Notes under the pieces: model-generated | The model's input: the letters and a program-made list of their open reading frames with translations, nothing else | Databases searched by the model: none | What the model was told of the DNA's origin: nothing | Translations under genes and position numbers: made by a program | In this document: positions 37,250 to 50,800 of the stretch, piece by piece | Numbering within the stretch: the stretch's first letter is position 1 | How the letters are laid out: the number at the start of each line of letters is the position of its first letter | Assembly (NCBI GenBank): GCA_036172245.1 | Contig: JAYWIR010000010.1 | Coordinates: forward strand, 3,534,001 to 3,598,000 | Length of the DNA stretch: 64,000 bases | Source: Raillietiella orientalis | Taxonomy: Eukaryota | Reading direction: 5' to 3'

Positions 37250-38690
37250 CTGTCAGGGTCCCTGTCGCCTCGTTGGGGAACGTCGGGGGAGGCAAAGGCA
37301 CTTCTGACCCTCGCGCTGTCTGGAGAGGGAGCAGCGCATTCCAGAAGTGCGTCGGGTCTGCGGAAGCGGGACGTGAGGGAGCGTTCCCTCAAGTCCTAGA
37401 GGAGACTGCAGTGCTCTTCGCAGCAGTCGGCAGGCAGAAGACTCGTCCGAAGAGTTGCTCCATCCGCGACGGACTTTCTCCTGCCTCCCCGATCGCCCCG
37501 AGCCATGCGAGCTACGGAGCTGCGCCAGCATCGGCGAAGGACACACGCTCCCGTGACGTCGGAACGGTCCATCCGCAGGATAGGAAAGGGGAGGGGGCGA
37601 AGGAGGGCGGCGCAATCATCATCTCCTATCCCTCCCTCATTTCCCACTTTTGTTCTTTGTTTTCTACTTTACCGCCTCGGTTCGACTGCTTCGGTCTTTT
37701 TCCCGCAGCCGGGTCGGCAGGTCGTCCCTTCTCGAGCCACCAGAGTCCCTCGGAAAAAGTTTCTGGCTTTCCTGTCGATTTTCTCGAGGAGGGAACGGCT
37801 GGCGTAAGCTCATCCCGGATTTCGAGGCCGTTTATTCAGCGTGAATAAATGAAATGTTACCATAAGTGCGGGGCCAAGATGTGCCAGCCAAAGGGACCGG
37901 CCCTCGCTGAGGCAACTAGAAAGGGATGAACTTGGGAACGGGATGGACCGGTCTCGCGGCACTGAAGAAGGTTTCCGCGAGGATGTGCCTGACAGGGAGG
38001 GGATAAAAAGGTCACGCGTTCACCCGTGTGCCTCACTTTTCGGACAAATCCGTTCCACCGCATCAGGCATTCAAGCAAACGGCTCCCCGGGACGACGGCC
38101 AAGTTCCTTCCTCCATCTTGGGAGGTCACCGCCGCTCACACCCGGCTGAGAGGGCGCTGCGTCGAAGAGGAAGCTCGTGGGACCGGAGAAGGGAGCATTT
38201 CTTGGAACGGGTCCAGAAGGGCAGCAGTGTTGCGGAAGTGAAGCGCCTCAGCGATGTTCCTGACGCAGCCTCTAGAGCACTCCGGCATCGCGTGGAGCGG
38301 TGTCCCCGCTGTCCCTCAGTGGGTGCACTCCTTGGGCACTCCCCCGCCGGGCGCGCCTACGTCCCTCGTTTCGAGAAGAGCCCAGCGCACCAGCAGCGTG
38401 GCGGCGGTCTGCTACGTGACGACGAGAAAGGAGGGAGCTGTCGACTGGGAAGGTCGGGACCTGGAAGTTCTCGCGGGGATTCAAGGGAACTGGATCCGCC
38501 CTGGAGGACACTAAGGGGTGTGGCTTCGTTCTCCAGTCGAGACGCCTCTCATTGTGCAACGAGCATCCACCTCTTCCCGTCGATGCAGCAGGGGACGCGT
38601 GACCACATCCATCCGTGGGAGCACTGCAACCATCTCAAACATCCATTAAGTTCGCTGGCTGGCGAGTCTAATCAAAGGAGAATTGGCTTG
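37250..38690 (+). pseudogene. Highly divergent EF-1alpha-family translational GTPase relic
   Basis: In order: VASLGNVGGGK/LLTLALSG (G1); IAPSHASY (DAPGH.DF-like); QPKGPALAEA (WYKGPTLLEA-like); LPGTTAKFLPPSWEV and LERVQKGSSVA (domain II); TSSVAAVC..KEGAVDWEGRDLE (HTAHIAC..EKIDRRSGKKLE, domain III). Requires several frameshifts. Confidence 0.5.
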
Positions 38691-39189
38691 GAAATGAATA
38701 TTGTCTTTGTGTCCTGCAGGCATGTTTGAGTTTTTACAGAATCCTCGACGCATCATCCTCATTTCTGACAACTCAGAGACCTAGCTTACGATGGACTCTC
38801 CAGCTTCTCATCTGCCATACTTTGTCAAAAAATTGCTCATGGATGTTCTCTGAAAAACCAAAAAACTTGGGTCCATCAGTCCATGGACTTTAAAAAGAGA
38901 TGGTATGCTCCGAAGTGCGTGGCAGTGACCCATCCGTCGTCAAGCATGCTGGAATTCCACTCTGCAGGTTACTTCTCTCCTTGCATCTTCATAAAAGCCG
39001 ATGTCTACCTCCTGCCTTTTGCCAACTCACTGGCTTCAGTGTATCCACACCCTCTTCAACGAGGGCGCTGAGCAGACGGCCAGGGGCTACAAGCTGTAAA
39101 AATTCCCTTGACTTTCGGCGGGATCTCCGTCCAGCGGGACGAGAGTCCTGCCCCATCGGAAGAAACGGGAAACGACTAGGTCCACAGAG

Positions 39190-39700
39190 GCGACGTGTGG
39201 TTTCTCCGGCCGGTGACCGCAGGTGCTTTGGAATTCCAAAGTTCTCTGGGCGATTTCACGCACCGGCAGGTCTTTGAGGACGTGTTGCTGCAGACGAGGC
39301 CGCCCTCTCGAGCGTTGTCTTCGTCAACTCGATCGCGTCTTCGTCGAAAAGGGATGTGTCCTTGTCGGATCTGGTCAACCGCACGGTCGACATTGACAGC
39401 AGCATCTTCCTCAACAGGACGCTGTATTTTGGACAACTGGTGACGGAGATCTTCGAGACGGACGAAGTGCAGGAAGCCGTTCTTCTTGGTGATGCTGCGT
39501 TGAGATCGCGCGGGAAGACCACCGGGAACTTTTGTTTTCAGAGGTGCCGTAGGATCCAAAAGCCTGGAGCTCGGCGGGCTGGTGAACGGCAACTCCTTGC
39601 AGGACGTGTTCCTCGATGAAATGGTAGAGGAACCTGGCAATCGTTGCTTCCGCCATGTTTGATGACATAGTTGGCATCGAGGGTTCTTTGGTAGAACCGA
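39190..39700 (+). pseudogene. Fragment with VNG-type beta-repeats, closca/Nasrat/Polehole-like extracellular protein
   Basis: VSLSDLVNRTVDIDSSIFLNRTLYF and TTGNFCF/GAVGSKSLELGGLVNGNSLQDVFL resemble the I.G...F..V..L..G.VNG..L repeat; frameshifted. Confidence 0.35.
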
Positions 39701-40449
39701 GAACTCCACAGTCCGAGGCCGGTTTATCTTATTCCCACGTTCCTGAGACGAAAAGCTCTTCAGAGAATTTGCAGAGACATTCCCAGGTCCGAGCCTTATG
39801 CCAAAGTGTTCGAGAAAGAGAAAAGGAAGAAAGGGCCTTTGAAGATCGAAGGCAAAAAGTGGCAGTTCCGAATGTTCCGATTGGTATTGATGACTGCTGT
39901 TGCTCCCCTTTCGAACTAGCTGGCATTGACGATGCTATTCACAAACGCTAGCGCCTCCCTCCAGCTGCGAACCGACAGGAAAATCTGCTACAATACCTTC
40001 TCCGAAGAGGAGGACTGACGCAGAAAATCCAGAACCCTTTCTGGAGTCCTCGGATGGGAGCGCTGACTACGTCACATAATCGGGGTCCACAAGAGCCGGA
40101 AAAAATCTGAGTGCATTGTGCTCACGGGAGATCACGCAGCATGGCAGCCACCGGAGATGTGGGTAGCCACCACAGTTCCTTTGGCCAAAGTGCTGCCCTC
40201 CCTCATCTTCGCTCGAAAAGCGTCGGGTGCATATCGATGGGATTGCGCCATCCCTCCAATTTGCCTCCTTGCAGGGGCATCCGTGGCGACAAAGGCTTCG
40301 TGACGTGTGATCCGTGTCTCAGGCAGAGTCGTCCATGGTGGCTTTCGAACCCACTTCCTTGCAGCCCGTGTGGGTTCTTACCACGCTACGCTACGTATCT
40401 ATCGTTGCTCAGGGCAGGGTTAACCACGACTGTATGCAACCTGCGTTCT

Positions 40450-43400
40450 GTGCGAACTGCCTTCTGCAAGGCGCGTCGCTGTTTCCGGGTTGGTCAGCTC
40501 CTTCATTCGGCTGACGTCCCAGAGTATGAGCATCATACATGCTTCTGCTATGCCCAGTATCACAAGACAACGCTCTGCCACTGTTTTGGTCTGCCCTTGT
40601 CCGAGAGAACCGCCTCGCAGTAGTCGCTCGCATTCTTTGATACCTGCTCATCATACCTGCCCCTCCCCCGCGAACGCTGTGACCGATTTCTCGAAGGGGC
40701 AGGAAATCTCCAGGATGGACCATCTGGCCTTCCTCCTGATCTGTTGGGCCTGGCTCAAGTTTTTGTGCCAGCTGCTGAGATTAGTCCCTGGCAAGTCTGG
40801 TTCTGGCCTTCAATGCCGTTTTGGTGGCATCATTCCCGAGTTAGCCATCCCATCTGGTCTCTCAGTTAGTCATGCCCCTTAGCGACAAGGTCTTAGACTG
40901 CCACACGTAAAATTTTTTAATGGGTTACAGCATGTCTCCCCACACCATGCATCTTCCACACAGGTGATGAGCTCTGCTCGTGTAGCTAGTGCGCTGGGGG
41001 CCAGCGGGATACATGAATCGGTAGTCAGGGGAACTCAAGTCTCCCCGTAACCAGAAGCTGGCTCGGAGCGCGCGGTGCAGCCCTGCGCAGAGCTCGCCTT
41101 CGCCTGATCCTGACGATTCCCGGTGAGGGAACGCCATGCACCGTTTCAGCATGCCGGCATGCGAGGCACGTTGTAGCTTCCGTTCCACAACCATTTCAGG
41201 GAAGCACAAGAGCTTTCCCAGCTCATGTCTGCTGGAAGCATGGAGAGCTTGTGGCCAGAGGCAGACTCCTGAGGTTTCAAACATGCCGGTGAGGACCAGA
41301 ACAATGAGACCACATCGGTGACAACGCGGGGGGACGAACCGGATAATTGCGAAGGCAGGAGGAAAAGTCAAAAGGGAAGTCATAAAGCGTCCGGAACCCA
41401 CGGATTTCTTCCAAATGGGCCTTCTGCGTGGTTTTGTGCTTCGTAGAAACGCGCTTGGGGAGCTGGGGGGTTGACCGATTTACGCTTGAGGGTATGGGGA
41501 AGCCAAGCAAATCGTCTCCCTCCGGGAGAGATCGTTGGAACCGCGGAGAGAGAGAGAGGAATGTCGTCGCGTGTGTCGCACAGCAGTCGTTTCTTTTTTT
41601 TTATATATATTTTTTTCGACCTTCGTGATGATACTGGTCACTTTGCTCTGGTCTCGAATCTGTGCTCGTGACGGAGCCAAAGATGGCCACCTGGACGAAG
41701 GTGGACGATACCCCCCAGTCGACCAACATGCCTGCTGGAAGCGCTTCAGGTCCGAAGAGACGTTTACGAATCAAGAGAGAGTGACCAATCCTCAATTTGC
41801 TGGGCCCGCCTACTCTCCAAGAAGACGGGTCCGAACCTGTTTTCAGTGTGAGATAGTCCATCCTCCAGGGTGTTTCCTTGAATCGCTGTTCACGCTACAC
41901 TTGGGTGCGCGCGATTCCGAAGGGCGGGTCAATCACCCAGCGCCGCTGCAGCCCAGGATCAAAGTATGCCTGGAGCATCGGAGCTCCGGACACCACGTTC
42001 CCGCCGAAATGATTGGGGCTGCTATCTAATCATTAGAGTACACAAAGAGGTGGTGGATGTGCCTTCGAAAAGTTCCCACTGGGTGCAGAGCAAAGGTACA
42101 ATGGCCGAAGAATGGCAGCGCGTTATCAAAACACCAGCTGGGTGCTTTGTCCTTCCACTCTCCCGCTTTTGCGAAGAGGGTGATCTTCGTTTTTTCTGCC
42201 GTGGCATCTTCAGATTGGGAGTCTTCTGGGGCGGCTTGAGAGGATGGAATTCGGAAGAGGTTGCCAACGCAACCCTGTTCGCGGTCCCTCGTTCGTTTCC
42301 AAGCACACAAGCGTTTTGGTAGATCGCGTTAGGTGAGAGGATTTTCGAAAGACGCATTTTCGAAGGAGCAGTATCCGCTTCGCGAGACACGGCCGCCTCG
42401 CTGGTCCTCCTCATCTGCGAGAATAAGGAAGAAAAATTCGATCCCCAAGTATAAGGAACCAGTTTGTGGGAAGGCATCCAGGGGATCCTGCCAAGTTCCT
42501 TCTCATTAACCCATCCGATGGCCTGTTTTGTTCCGCGATGGTGATGGAAGAACTAGCAAAGGAGATTCTCCCAGTGACATCCGTTCCGTGGGACAAAAGA
42601 AATCCATGCCGGTGGGCTCCTGGCTTCAAAGTGACTGTGAATGAAGGTGATTTCGCCACATCCTTGCGCATTTGACGGTCCTTGATCGGAAACCGACAAC
42701 CAGGTGACTATAACGGAGAGAAATCTCTTTCTAGAGGAAGCTGCATCCAGATGGGCCGCTCTGCACTGCAAGCGGCTTGCTCTTCAACCGCCTCTTCCCC
42801 CCTCCATCCCAAAAAAAGCGGATCCGGGAACACGCAGTCTCTTTGGAAACGACCCAATCCGGAGAAAGGGAGGCCACAGGTTCCTGAGGGCGGGAAATCG
42901 CTGCCGGCGGCACTAAGGACTCCAAACGATGAGTGAGTGGGAGCATCTGCTTAAGAGACACGAAATCTTCCGGTGCTTACAATGGAACGAAGAGCTGCAG
43001 CCAATTTTCATTCACTGGGGAGACGAGGTTTTCGATCACGCCGCATCCTCGGGATGTATCTTCGCGACTTCTGTTTCTCGGTTCAGAAAGGTTTTGTTTC
43101 CTTCCCACTCGCTGCATCCATCATCCTCGTCCTCACTCCGCTTTCGATCTTTCCACTTACGAGCAAAGACGCTTGGAAAGTTTCTGCTTCGTTCTGCTAG
43201 CTGTGACACGGCAGCTCCGCGGGATGGCAGGAGCCGGCCCAGGGAGTCTCTCTATCGGCTGCTCTGAAGAGTACGAGTTGCCAAGTGCTGCCTGGTAATG
43301 GAGCTTCTCTTGCTGCTTGCACGGGCTCTGGAAGGGTCCAGGACTCCCCTTGGCCTTCCGTACGTGAGCTCGGCCTTGAGAGTCACGAAATTGCACACCT

Positions 43401-43500
43401 CGAAACAGCTCATCCTTCCTTTAGAGAGAGTACGCTACCATTCCTTTTACATGCGGAATCTGCAGGTCACCTTTTCCACAGCTGATGGATCTTCAGAAAT
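40450..43500 (-). mobile_element. Large degenerate RLE-class non-LTR retrotransposon (NeSL/Utopia/R2-like)
   Basis: Minus-strand order: Cys-rich N-terminus (~43400); pre-RT KQAIGWV..RIP; RT pieces (KAPS, LFGP..LVDWGV, IRDQSKVTSII); FVPPRCHRCGL (P..GG.GL-like); SFWLRGDLSSPDYRF; CGRC knuckle; EPDL..WSILEISCPFEK (RLE). The YADD region is missing near 41600. Confidence 0.7.
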
Positions 43501-43659
43501 ATAAACGTCCTCTAGTGGATTGGGGCCACGGAGCCTTCTTTCGAGAGCTGAGCCTGATTTTTCAATATCACCCAAGAGTATTAAGAGTATTTGACGTCTT
43601 GAGCATGCCGCTCATGCTGCCCGCTCGTTCTTCAGTGTTATGAGCATCCACATTCATCG

Positions 43660-43980
43660 TTGCAATAAGCAAAATGCACTGATGTCATAAATATTTATCA
43701 ATATTATAAAGTATTAAGCATCACTAATATTATATGTATTGTCACCATGTCTATCAATATAATGTACATCAAAATTTATGGATCTATTATCAACATCTAT
43801 TGATATTATTATCGATATCATCTAACGTTAAATATTATAAGAGTTGTAGTTATTGATATTAATATCAATATTTATCGACATAATTATCAAATATCAGTAT
43901 ATAATGATTTTATTAAATGTTTATCAGCATTTATAAATATTATGCACGGATATTTATTATTATTATCGATATTCATTGGA
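43660..43980. repeat. Very AT-rich low-complexity tract of degenerate tattatc/atcaata units
   Basis: Abrupt switch to A/T-dominated sequence between two GC-rich blocks. Confidence 0.75.
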
Positions 43981-44599
43981 AGAAAAAAGATAAAGTGGTT
44001 TGGTACTTCTTTCTCCGACTCCCGTTTTGAGTTTGAATTCGGGTATTACTTCATCCTGTTTTGTGAGTGGAACCATCCAGTGACCCTTCTTATCCCCCAG
44101 GGTGCGACGAGAGAAGTGACTTCTTTGCGTTGTTGCCCACGGTGCACCTGGGTGCGCGCTGTTCGGGTGCGATCCAAGAGGGAGAGATTCCAGAGGACAC
44201 GGGCATCACGCTGCGCGTGAGCGTTCCGCGCAGGAGCTTTCGCCGTGTGCTCCCGCTGCATGGGTGCCCCTGCAGCCCGCGGGGGCACCCTGGAGTCGCA
44301 GAGGGCACTGCAGTCCAGCTACAAGTGAGGCATCGATCCGTTCTTCCTGCACCCGGCACGATCCGGGAAGACTGCTTCCCCTCCCTCATTGGTTCCCCGG
44401 TCCGACGTGCGGTGGGGGATTTTATTTGTTCCTCCAACTTTAACAAAAGCAATCAAGCAATACGTGCAAAGTCTGTCTCCTGACAACGCTGTGAACTCTG
44501 TCTCCGACATTTCCGGTTTTTCCACCGGGCAAAGATTGGGTCGCAATGTGCATAAGAGTGAGGTATCAAGAGGGGGAGGGTGAGGGGTCAGGTGGGAGG

Positions 44600-46300
44600 A
44601 ACAGCAAAGAATGACCCAACGCGACAAGGAGACCCATCTTCCACCACTTCAGAGGGAGTGTCGACGACATGCGTGCGCGCGCGCGCAGGAGGAACCACTA
44701 CACATTTTGAGGGGATGCCCAGAGGGGTCCAACATTCCCGTCCTTGGAAATGATCTTGTGGACTTTCCGCGTCTACGAACTGGCGTACAAACCAGAAGCC
44801 TGAGGGTTTCACAGCTGCTTTCACGTTTCCGCAGGTGGGCTGGAATCTCTCGAGAGACGGAGAGAAACGATTCCGGAGCGCGCGACGCTGCCACATCGCC
44901 ACCGCGTTTTCCCTCCGAGGGGAGAGCGCTGCTCAGTGACTCACCTTCTGCCAGCCACGCTCCGGATCGCCAAATGCCATGGCAGCCAGAGAAGAGCACC
45001 GCCCTCCCACTGGGGAGAGTTTCACGGGACCGGAGCAGCGAGCAAGCGTAGGGAGAGCACGCCGGTATGACGTCACTCCACTCGACCGCGAATGAGGCAC
45101 TGAAGCTCAAGGACGCGTCCTCCGTCTTTCTTCGTGGCGCCCGCGCGGGCACTCCCTATGGCTCGGGAGACGCCCAGACGACTCGTCCCTCTCTATCTTG
45201 GTTGCTTGCGTGTGCGCGGTAGCAACGATGGCGTCTGCGATCGCGAACTTCCGTGGCCACGTTCCTTGGCCTTTGGTATGCGGGGGGTGCAACCGTGCGA
45301 CGTCGTCGTCGTCGTCTCCAGGGTTCCCAAACACGTCGTCTGCATCGCAGGGGGGGAGAGGGGTAGGGGCAGTTTCTGCGGCACTCTTTCCGGGTGCGGC
45401 AGCTGCCCTCGACGGTGGAAAGTGGCGGCCGAACCGTTCCGGTGCGAGCGGCGCAGGTGGAGCTGCGCACCCTTCCGCGACGAGAGGAAGGTAGCCATCC
45501 CGGACTCCGACTCGCCCGCATGGCGCGGCCCCACCGGCGAGACATTTCCTCCTCCCGGGACCTCGGAGGGCCCTGCTGGGGGCGATGCGTGCCGCGTCCG
45601 GGCCACGCGTGACGCCTCGTGCCCGCCTGCCGAAGCTTCTTCGCTTGCACTCCGCGTCGTGAGGCTGGCGCCTGCGTGCGGGAACAAGCGGAGGGCGCAC
45701 TGCGCACGGCGTCGGGTGCGTTGGCCGCCCCCCTCCGCTCAGAGCCACCTTCCTGCAGCGGCTGCGACCGAGCTCGCGAGTCGGTCGGCTCCCCCGCGCT
45801 TTAGCTGGCGGGAGCGCCGCGAGAGGGAAGCAGCGTCCGTTTCGCTGAGCCGGGGGGATTCCCGCGCTGCGAAACGTCCCGCCCTCTTGCTCTTCCTGTT
45901 GGCGGCTTCCTGCTGGCCGCGGCGGGAACGTCGTTTCCCCCAGCAGCGTGCCAGACGGAAATGGGGAGGGCGTTCTCTTCCTTGCTCTTCTTTCGCTGAC
46001 CCATCCTGGCTTCCCTTCCCTCTGTCCCTCCCAAGCTTGGCTTTGAGTTCAGTGCTGCCGCACCTTCTCGCGGAACTTCCGGAAGCTCTCTGCAGGGGGC
46101 GATGCGCCCGTGCGTAAATGAGTGAGTGTGAATTGGGTGATCTCCAACAGCTCAAGGTGGGGAGGGTCCCGAGAGAAAAGCGGGCAACTGCGCGTCTTTC
46201 GGGAGGAGCGGGCGGAGAGCAGAAAGGAGGGAACCCCTCCGACGGGTGGCCAGGAACGGGTGAGGTCTCAGATTCCCAGAGATCCGAAGATGCGATGCTT
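44600..46300. other. GC/CpG-rich block with overlapping low-complexity ORFs; no assignable product
   Basis: Dense CG/GCGC content and long ORFs on both strands (for example 45134-46117) with no recognisable motif. Confidence 0.5.
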
Positions 46301-46689
46301 AGACAGAACCTCGCGTCTTTCGAAAGTTCTCCACCCGGTCACGCCGGGGTGTTTATTTTCTAAAAATAAACCGGTTGCAACAGGCGTGTTCTCAATCGGA
46401 AGACAAACGAAGTTCAAGGCGAGGGGGAGGTCCACAGACACGCAGGTCGAGGTTTCCAAAACGTCCGGAATGCGACAGGGACGACCACAACAACAAAAAA
46501 AGACATCCAGAGGGTGAGGGAAAGGATCTTTGGGTTCTCTCCGTATGTGCCGAGGATAAAAAAAAATGGGGGAAATTTCAGAGCGAAAGGAAAAGAGAAA
46601 AAAAAGAGAGGCAAGGGACAAGGGTCACCACCGGGGTCCGTCGTTCCTGACTTTCAAAACCGGCGCTGGGTGCCGGCGCGATCTCATCT

Positions 46690-47470
46690 CGCAGGTGACG
46701 CCACCTCGCAGCCGCCCTCATGTAGGCGACCGCCATCCCGCTGATCTCCATCCGTTGTGTCATCGTCCCCATCATGTGGTGGGCCGTGACCATAGCAATG
46801 AGACCATCGCGCCCGTTGATAGTCCTCCCGGCTCGAGGAACCTTCGTAGCAGGTCGCAGGGCAAGGTGTCCTGGTGCAGGACCAGCCTCCGCCGCAGTTC
46901 CTGGATAGCGCCGCAGTCCAAAAGCAGACATGAGGGTAACCCCAGCGACTCGCACTCCGCGACCTTGGTCGGTAACGGACGGGTTTGGGAGGTGCTGAAA
47001 CACAGCCTTCCGGCTCTTCTAAGCAACGGAAGGTGGCGCGCCACATGGGAGGCAAGGATCATGGGAGGATGGGCGCCTAGCGGTAAGACCGCGCGGGATG
47101 AGGAAGGAAGGAGTGGGTATGGACGGAAGCATGAGAGGGGAAGCACGCGGCTGCAGAAGGCTCCGGCTTCTCCAGGAACGCCCGTCAGTCCCCAGAGTTC
47201 TCCTCAGCACCGCACCCCCACCGTCCAACTGCCAGAAGCTGGCTGGCACCCGCAGACGAGCCTGGAGGCGCGCGCGCGCTCTTCCCTTGCGCCACCGTGA
47301 TCCTCTAGTGGGCCGTCCAAGAAGGACGTGCGAAGGACGCCCGCGCGCAACCCATGGGAACGATTCGGCCAGCGCAACGCCCTGTGGTGTCTTTTAAGAG
47401 ATGCCACAAGGTGGGCCTTCAGGTCCGCATTGCCTTCCGAAGGATCTCGGCTTTCGAAAGCTCTCTGGGA
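46690..47470 (-). mobile_element. Second, more decayed 3' fragment of the Tx1-like family seen at 14.35-15.75 kb
   Basis: LLLDCGAIQELRRRL..LRRFLEPGGLSTGAMVSLL aligns with LLFECGALQELWRRL..MRRFFTRGGLSLGAVVAII of the first copy. Confidence 0.7.
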
Positions 47471-47829
47471 AGAGAATGCAGGGCTAACGGTTCCCGTTTT
47501 TTTGTAAGTATCCACCGGTGGCGCAAGAAAATGACTCCCTGAGTGTCCCTGGGATCATTTCCTCGCCCTCAGCTGCCACCGCTGGAAGAAGACCGATGAA
47601 GGAGATGATAGACCTTCTCGGATGAAACAGGAAGAAAAACTGAAGGTGGATACCTACCTGGCTTCAAGGTCTTAATTGTGATGAAGAACCAGGAAAGTAT
47701 TTTTGAGAAGCAGCACATGTAGTGCTTTGCTGGTAGTCACCGTCCACGTTATTCATTCCACGCCCCTGCTGGTGTTCGTCAAAGGCGTCAGCGTAGCAAG
47801 TGGAGTACTTTGAGAAAAGACCATCCACG

Positions 47830-50800
47830 TCCATGCCCATGGATTCTGGCAAACCAGGACCCTCCAAGGAGGATGCCTTGTTAGAACCTACGGGGGGCTC
47901 GACTCAGCCACTGTCCTATGCAGCGGTGGCAGCAACGGCCCCGGCGGTTGAGAAACACGCAGTAAGGTCTGCGGTATTTAAAGTGGACAAAGAAGACGAG
48001 CCAGTCTGGAAGGTCGACCAAGATGTGAAACGGGTCACCTTCAAAGCAGGAATGTCTTGCGAATGTGCGAGACGTGTATGTAGCTTTTCATAATCTGAAC
48101 ATTACTTTCAATAAGAGAAAGGCAACTCTCTCCTCGGCAACAGGGTTCATGATGTAAACCCCCGGAGAGGAGCTACGAGAATTCCTGATCGAGCAGGGAA
48201 TCACGATAAACGGAAGGAAGTTGCGGGGTCTCTGTGAGTTGACCAACACGGTGGTGTATCTCACGGGATACATTGTAACACAACAAAAAGAACGATATGG
48301 GAATTCTTTTCCCAGTATGGGGAAGTACAGGAGGTAGTTTTCCGTAACCTTATGGAAGAAATATTTGCAGGAGAAGCAAGGGTGAAAGTAAGGCTGTTTG
48401 TCGATGCCAAAATTCAAAGCGTCATAGCCATCGATCAACACTCGCAGGATATTAAAGCACGGTATAGATTGCAACCAATTTTCTGTGCAGGTTGCAAGGA
48501 GTTTGGGCACAGAGCGGGTGCCTACTCCAACGCAAATGTTTTAATTGAGGACAGATCGCTCCTTTCATTAAAGAATGTAATAGACCTCCACAATGCTACC
48601 GCTGTAAGATGGAAGGACATCTAAAAAGGGAGTGCGAAAATACTCGGAATGGTTGATGGCTAGAGGGCTATCACCTTAACTGGAGGTGTAGGAAAGGAAG
48701 AAGAGGAAAGCGGAACAGCAAGGAGAGGTTCCATGTACTGCTGTGGCAGAAGAAGAACCTCCGCAAAAACAGAACCAACAGAAGAAGAAACCTCAACAAC
48801 GAAGGAAGCAACAGGTGACGGTAGGAGAACTTTCTATTCCGACAGTAGAGAAGGAACAAGAATGCCTTTCTACTTCTGAAAAATAGAAAGCCGCGGAGTA
48901 TTTACAATAGAAAGCCTTGTGCACGGGCGATATCGTAGCCGAGGACGCCCGCGGAGGCGCGATTATTGCTAGTTGAAAACTCGCGGGAAAGATCAAATGA
49001 CAAGAGCGGCATACCAACTTCAAGAAAAGGAAAACGTGGAAACCAGTGAATCAGAAAGTGGAGCAGGGGAAAGACTATCGTCCGAAAAGAAAATAGTTCC
49101 CCGAAGCAAAAGAGAAAGAACAGAAGAGGAACGTAGAGACCAATGGCTTCTTTCCTGTCGTCTGCCAGGAGCATTAAAGTTGCTTCCTGGAATGTAAACG
49201 GGTTGTGGAGTTTGGTATGCACGTTCCGGTGCAAAACTGTAGGTTGATCACACGAATGGTCGAACGTGACATCATCGTCTGCCTGCAAGAAACCCATGAC
49301 CTCGGACACCAGGCCATCCTGGAGTTGATAACGATGATTGGATGACGATTGGATGTCCAGCTGTTCCTGAGCTCGGGACAGAAGAAAACCAAAGGCGTAG
49401 CGAGCCTCGCGAAAAACGAGATCGCACACACTGTATTGGAAACTTTCTCTCCGTGGCCAGGCCGAATTGTGGTTGGACGTATGTCTTGGTCCGCAAACGT
49501 TCGCCTCTTTCTTGTGAACATGTACAGTCCGCACCGTGGAACACATCGCTGCCCAGAAGCCGTGCAGGAAGCAAAGCCGAGGCAAAGGACATCGTAATCG
49601 TCATTGGAGATTTAAATATGCTGGAAACCATCACTCAATCTAAGCATGGCCGAGAAAGAAAGGCCTATCGGCGGCTGTCCGACGAGTTTGGACTGCAGTG
49701 GCTCACGGCGAATCACAAACCGGTAGACCATGTCCTCTATAGCCAGGACATCGCTAATCGTATACAAGGCTTCCGAGACATCCCATCCGTGCTCTCGGAT
49801 CACCCCTTGCTTCGATCCACGTTGAGAACCGAAAAACCGAAAACCTTCGGAAGAAGGCAGGCGCGAGGGCTGCACTCATCTGCATGCCCACTTGGTTTGA
49901 GACGCATTCCCGTCACCTGGAACTTGAGACGATACTGCAGGACGCTACCCTCCGCAGAATCGCAGACTAAGACAGGTTGAAGCATACTATACATCTGTTT
50001 AGAAACCTGCAGTTTGGCGACAAGAAGAGGAAAATGGAGGCGTACCGGGAGCTTAACATCCAAGATCTCTCGCTCTCGAATACTGGCAACAGTATGAGAG
50101 CAGATACGTCTTGAAGAATGGTAAAGGAGGGGTTGATGTGCCGAAGAGGAGGAACATCGCCACTCATGTCTTCTGTATCCGGTACGAAGACTAAGTTAGG
50201 AACATATCGGAAAGAATTGCAGAGGACTTTTACTACCATTATGCCTCTCACTTCCGACGACAGAATCTGTGCCCAACGAAGAAGCAAATATCTTGCAGTA
50301 TCTACATCCAAGGATTAAAAGTCAACACCAAGGAAAACTTCAAGTCATTTCTATTGAAGAAGTGAAAAAGGCGTTCACGGGGCTGCACAAGGATGTGGCG
50401 GAAGGTCCTGATAGTGTTCCAATCATGCACTATCAGCGCTCTCTCCACGCCTACCTGCGTTTGTTCCACGAGCTAACGCTAGCTGTCCACAAGGAAGGAA
50501 AACTTCCGACATCATTTCAAGAGGGAAGGATAAAGCTGCTGTCAAAAGGAGGCAACTTAACGGAAGTCACCCAATGGCGGCCTATCTTTATCCTGAATAC
50601 GGATGCCCAGTGGTTGGCAAAGATCTGGGACAACCGCTTGAGCATGACGTTGCCATCAGTAGTTTCTCCGACGCAGACGTGCGGAGTGCCCGGTTGCTGC
50701 ATACCTGCGAACGTGAAGTGTGCCCAGACCACCATAGGGTATTGCCGATACGCACCAGGTGGTGCTGGACTTCACTGATATGGAGAAAGCCTTTGATACT

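Noticed and set aside
44101..44325. Exon-like segment with a weak ubiquitin-like GEIPEDTGITL
   Set aside because: Similarity too weak and the reading frame is ambiguous.
45134..46117. 327-aa ORF and overlapping 150-210-aa ORFs
   Set aside because: Expected from very high GC content; Arg/Ala/Pro-rich with no motif, and open on both strands.
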